This document shows, one piece after another, positions 62,010 through 64,000 of a DNA stretch of 64,000 nt (the first letter of the stretch is position 1; each line of letters begins with the position of its first letter). The position numbers and the translations under genes are program-made. The notes beneath the pieces were generated by a model, which had not been told where the DNA came from, searched no databases, and saw only the letters and a program-made list of their open reading frames with translations. This DNA is from Chlorokybus atmophyticus (lineage: Eukaryota > Plantae > Mesostigma and Chlorokybus algae): NCBI GenBank assembly GCA_009103225.1, contig RHPI01001965.1, forward strand, positions 449,114 through 513,113. The letters run 5' to 3'.

Positions 62010-64000
62010 ATGGCCACCATGGCTTCGGTCACGGCTGCTGCATTCGCGGCTGCCGTCGCCACGCTCCTCCTCATGCATGCGATCGCTGTGAACGCTGCGG
62101 ATCCATATGACAGGTACGAGCTCAACTGCATGCGCATCTGTGTGCATGCACACCATACATTATGCGTGCGTGTAACACTGTCGTTAACTACCTCGTATAA
62201 CGCAGCTGCCAGAAGGCCATCACCACCCCTCTGACCTGCAAAGTCCAAGCCTCAGCCTCCGATGCAGACCTATGCAACGGTACCCACCCACACATACATA
62301 CCGAAACTGCATCACCCACCCCCACCCCACCCACCTCCCCCCTCCCCTCTCAGGTGTCATCTCCTGGCTCTGTCCCCCTCCCTCCAAGCTCCCCGTCCCC
62401 AACGCCTGCCCCTCCCCTCTCCCGGACTGCTCCCAGCTCTCCCCCGAGTCCGCTCCCGCCCTACGGACCGCCGCCGCGTCGCTCATGGAGAGATGGTACC
62501 AGATGAACCTGGCGGAGCAGGGATCCGCAGCGTGCGCGTTCGGGAAACTCCGGTACGTGGACTATGTGAACTTCCCGTGGGAGAAGGGTATGCATTGCAG
62601 GCCCAAGGGTGATACGCCCGCCGATACCCTGTGCGGGATCCTTGGCTACGTCTGCTACAACACCGCCGTGTGCTGCACCTCAGCGCAGGTACACACACCT
62701 GCATCCAACGTACCGGCAACACAAACAGGTCACACTCCTCTCACCCATTCTCGCACTGCGACATTAAACAGAAAGACTGCCAGTCCCCCGACCTCATCCA
62801 CAACGTCGCCAACGTCATGAACGCCTTCTTCGACCTCGCAGGCCCCGGACAAGGTAGAATCTACCTTGTGTGTCTGTGTGCGTGTGTGTGCACGCGCACA
62901 GACACGCACATACCCACACAGCAACATCACCATCATGTTCCTCATCCAGGCTTCTCCGCCTGTTACTTCGACGGTCACGGCGAGGTCTACACCTCCTCCT
63001 CCTGTCCCCCTCCCCCTCCTCCCTCCCCTCCAACTCCGCTCCCGAGCCCACCGTGCCTGTCGACCCCCGCGGAACGCATCGCCGCCGTGCAAGAAGGCAC
63101 GACTCCAGTACGCGGGGTTAATGCCGGCAGCTGGCTGGTGCTCGAGCGACCGATGGCTCCAATGCTGTGGGAGGTGCGTGCGTGCGCGCGTGTGTGTGTG
63201 TGTGTGTTCACATACGCGCGCTTATGCCTGGGGTTACGCCTGCAACCTGTCTGTGCGTGCGTGCTTGTGTGCATGCCTGTGCGTGTGTGTGTGTAACAAC
63301 AAGATACTGTCTCTCTACAGGGCATTCCTAATCCCGGGCCGGAGCTCAACGCCAACGAGTACCTCCTCATGACCTCCACATCAATCTCACGCGACACAGC
63401 CATAGCCCGAGTAAACGTACGTGGACTTGGAACACTCGTTTGCTTTCTCTCTCTCACACACACTCCCCCCCTCCAGGCCCACCGTCAATCCTGGATCACC
63501 GAGTCCGACTTCGCCTCCATGTCCTCCCACGGCTTCAACCTCGTGCGTCTCCCCGTGCCGTACTGGCTGTGTCTCGACGACCCCGCCATGATCAAGGACG
63601 CGGATGTGAGGGACTTTGTCGTCGGACACGCCGGAGCGTATGCGCCGGGAGTACTGAAATTCATCGATGACGCCATGGACTGGGCCGCCACGTATGGCCT
63701 CGCAGTCCTACCTGTAAGAATGATGATGGTGTTGTTGCTGTTGTTGTTGTTGGTAGTGGTGGTGTGTGTGTGTGTGTGCGCGCTTGCTTACAGGCATGTG
63801 CAGGATCTTCACGCGGCGCCGCTCGGCCAGAATCCGTTTGACAACAGTTCTCCTGAAACAGTTACCGCAGTAAGCGACCCATAATGTGTGTGTGTGAGCG
63901 CACACATGATGATGTGTGCCAATCATCCAAGCAGCTCACAATTAGACATGACACATACCCTCCTCACCTTCACAGGATGGCACTGCCTACATCCCCCTCT
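62010..64000 (+). CDS. Secreted GH5 exo-1,3-beta-glucanase-like protein with two N-terminal X8 (CBM43)-like domains; runs off the window
   Basis: Signal peptide; two Cys modules (DLC..ISWLC...DCSQL...MERWYQ...ACAFG and TLCGILGYVC...MNAFF...ACYFDG); Pro linker; VRGVNAGSWLVLE, WITESDF...GFNLVRLPVPYW, DLHAAPLGQN. Confidence 0.83.

Overview
Eukaryotic, intron-rich DNA, most likely from a green alga (plastid-type DPE1, a cilia-type TSNAXIP1-like gene, CA/GT-rich introns). The species cannot be fixed from the sequence, and there are assembly Ns. All domain calls are by-eye motif recognition, with no database search. The first ~31 kb is a nest of mobile elements. (i) A full-length but nonsense-mutated Ty3/Gypsy chromovirus (24-7587) is interrupted in its protease by a 528-bp TRIM that carries a tRNA-like A-box/B-box promoter. 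(ii) A decayed tyrosine-recombinase (DIRS/PAT-like) retroelement has pieces flanking element (iii). (iii) A ~14.5-kb Plavaka-type DNA transposon has an apparently intact spliced transposase and cargo genes: a Tudor-fused phage-type C5 cytosine methyltransferase, a ZnF/OTU/RING ubiquitin-editing-like gene and two unknown genes. Its promoter-side gaps all contain GTACCAT palindromes. The right half holds host genes: a secreted CBM14 protein, class-2 DHODH, a 4-alpha-glucanotransferase (DPE1) fused to a C-terminal thioredoxin domain, a TSNAXIP1-like coiled-coil protein, a GT29 sialyltransferase-like protein and an X8-X8-GH5 glucanase that runs off the window. The best candidates for novelty are the methyltransferase/ubiquitin-cargo Plavaka element, the tRNA-promoter TRIM and the DPE1-thioredoxin fusion.
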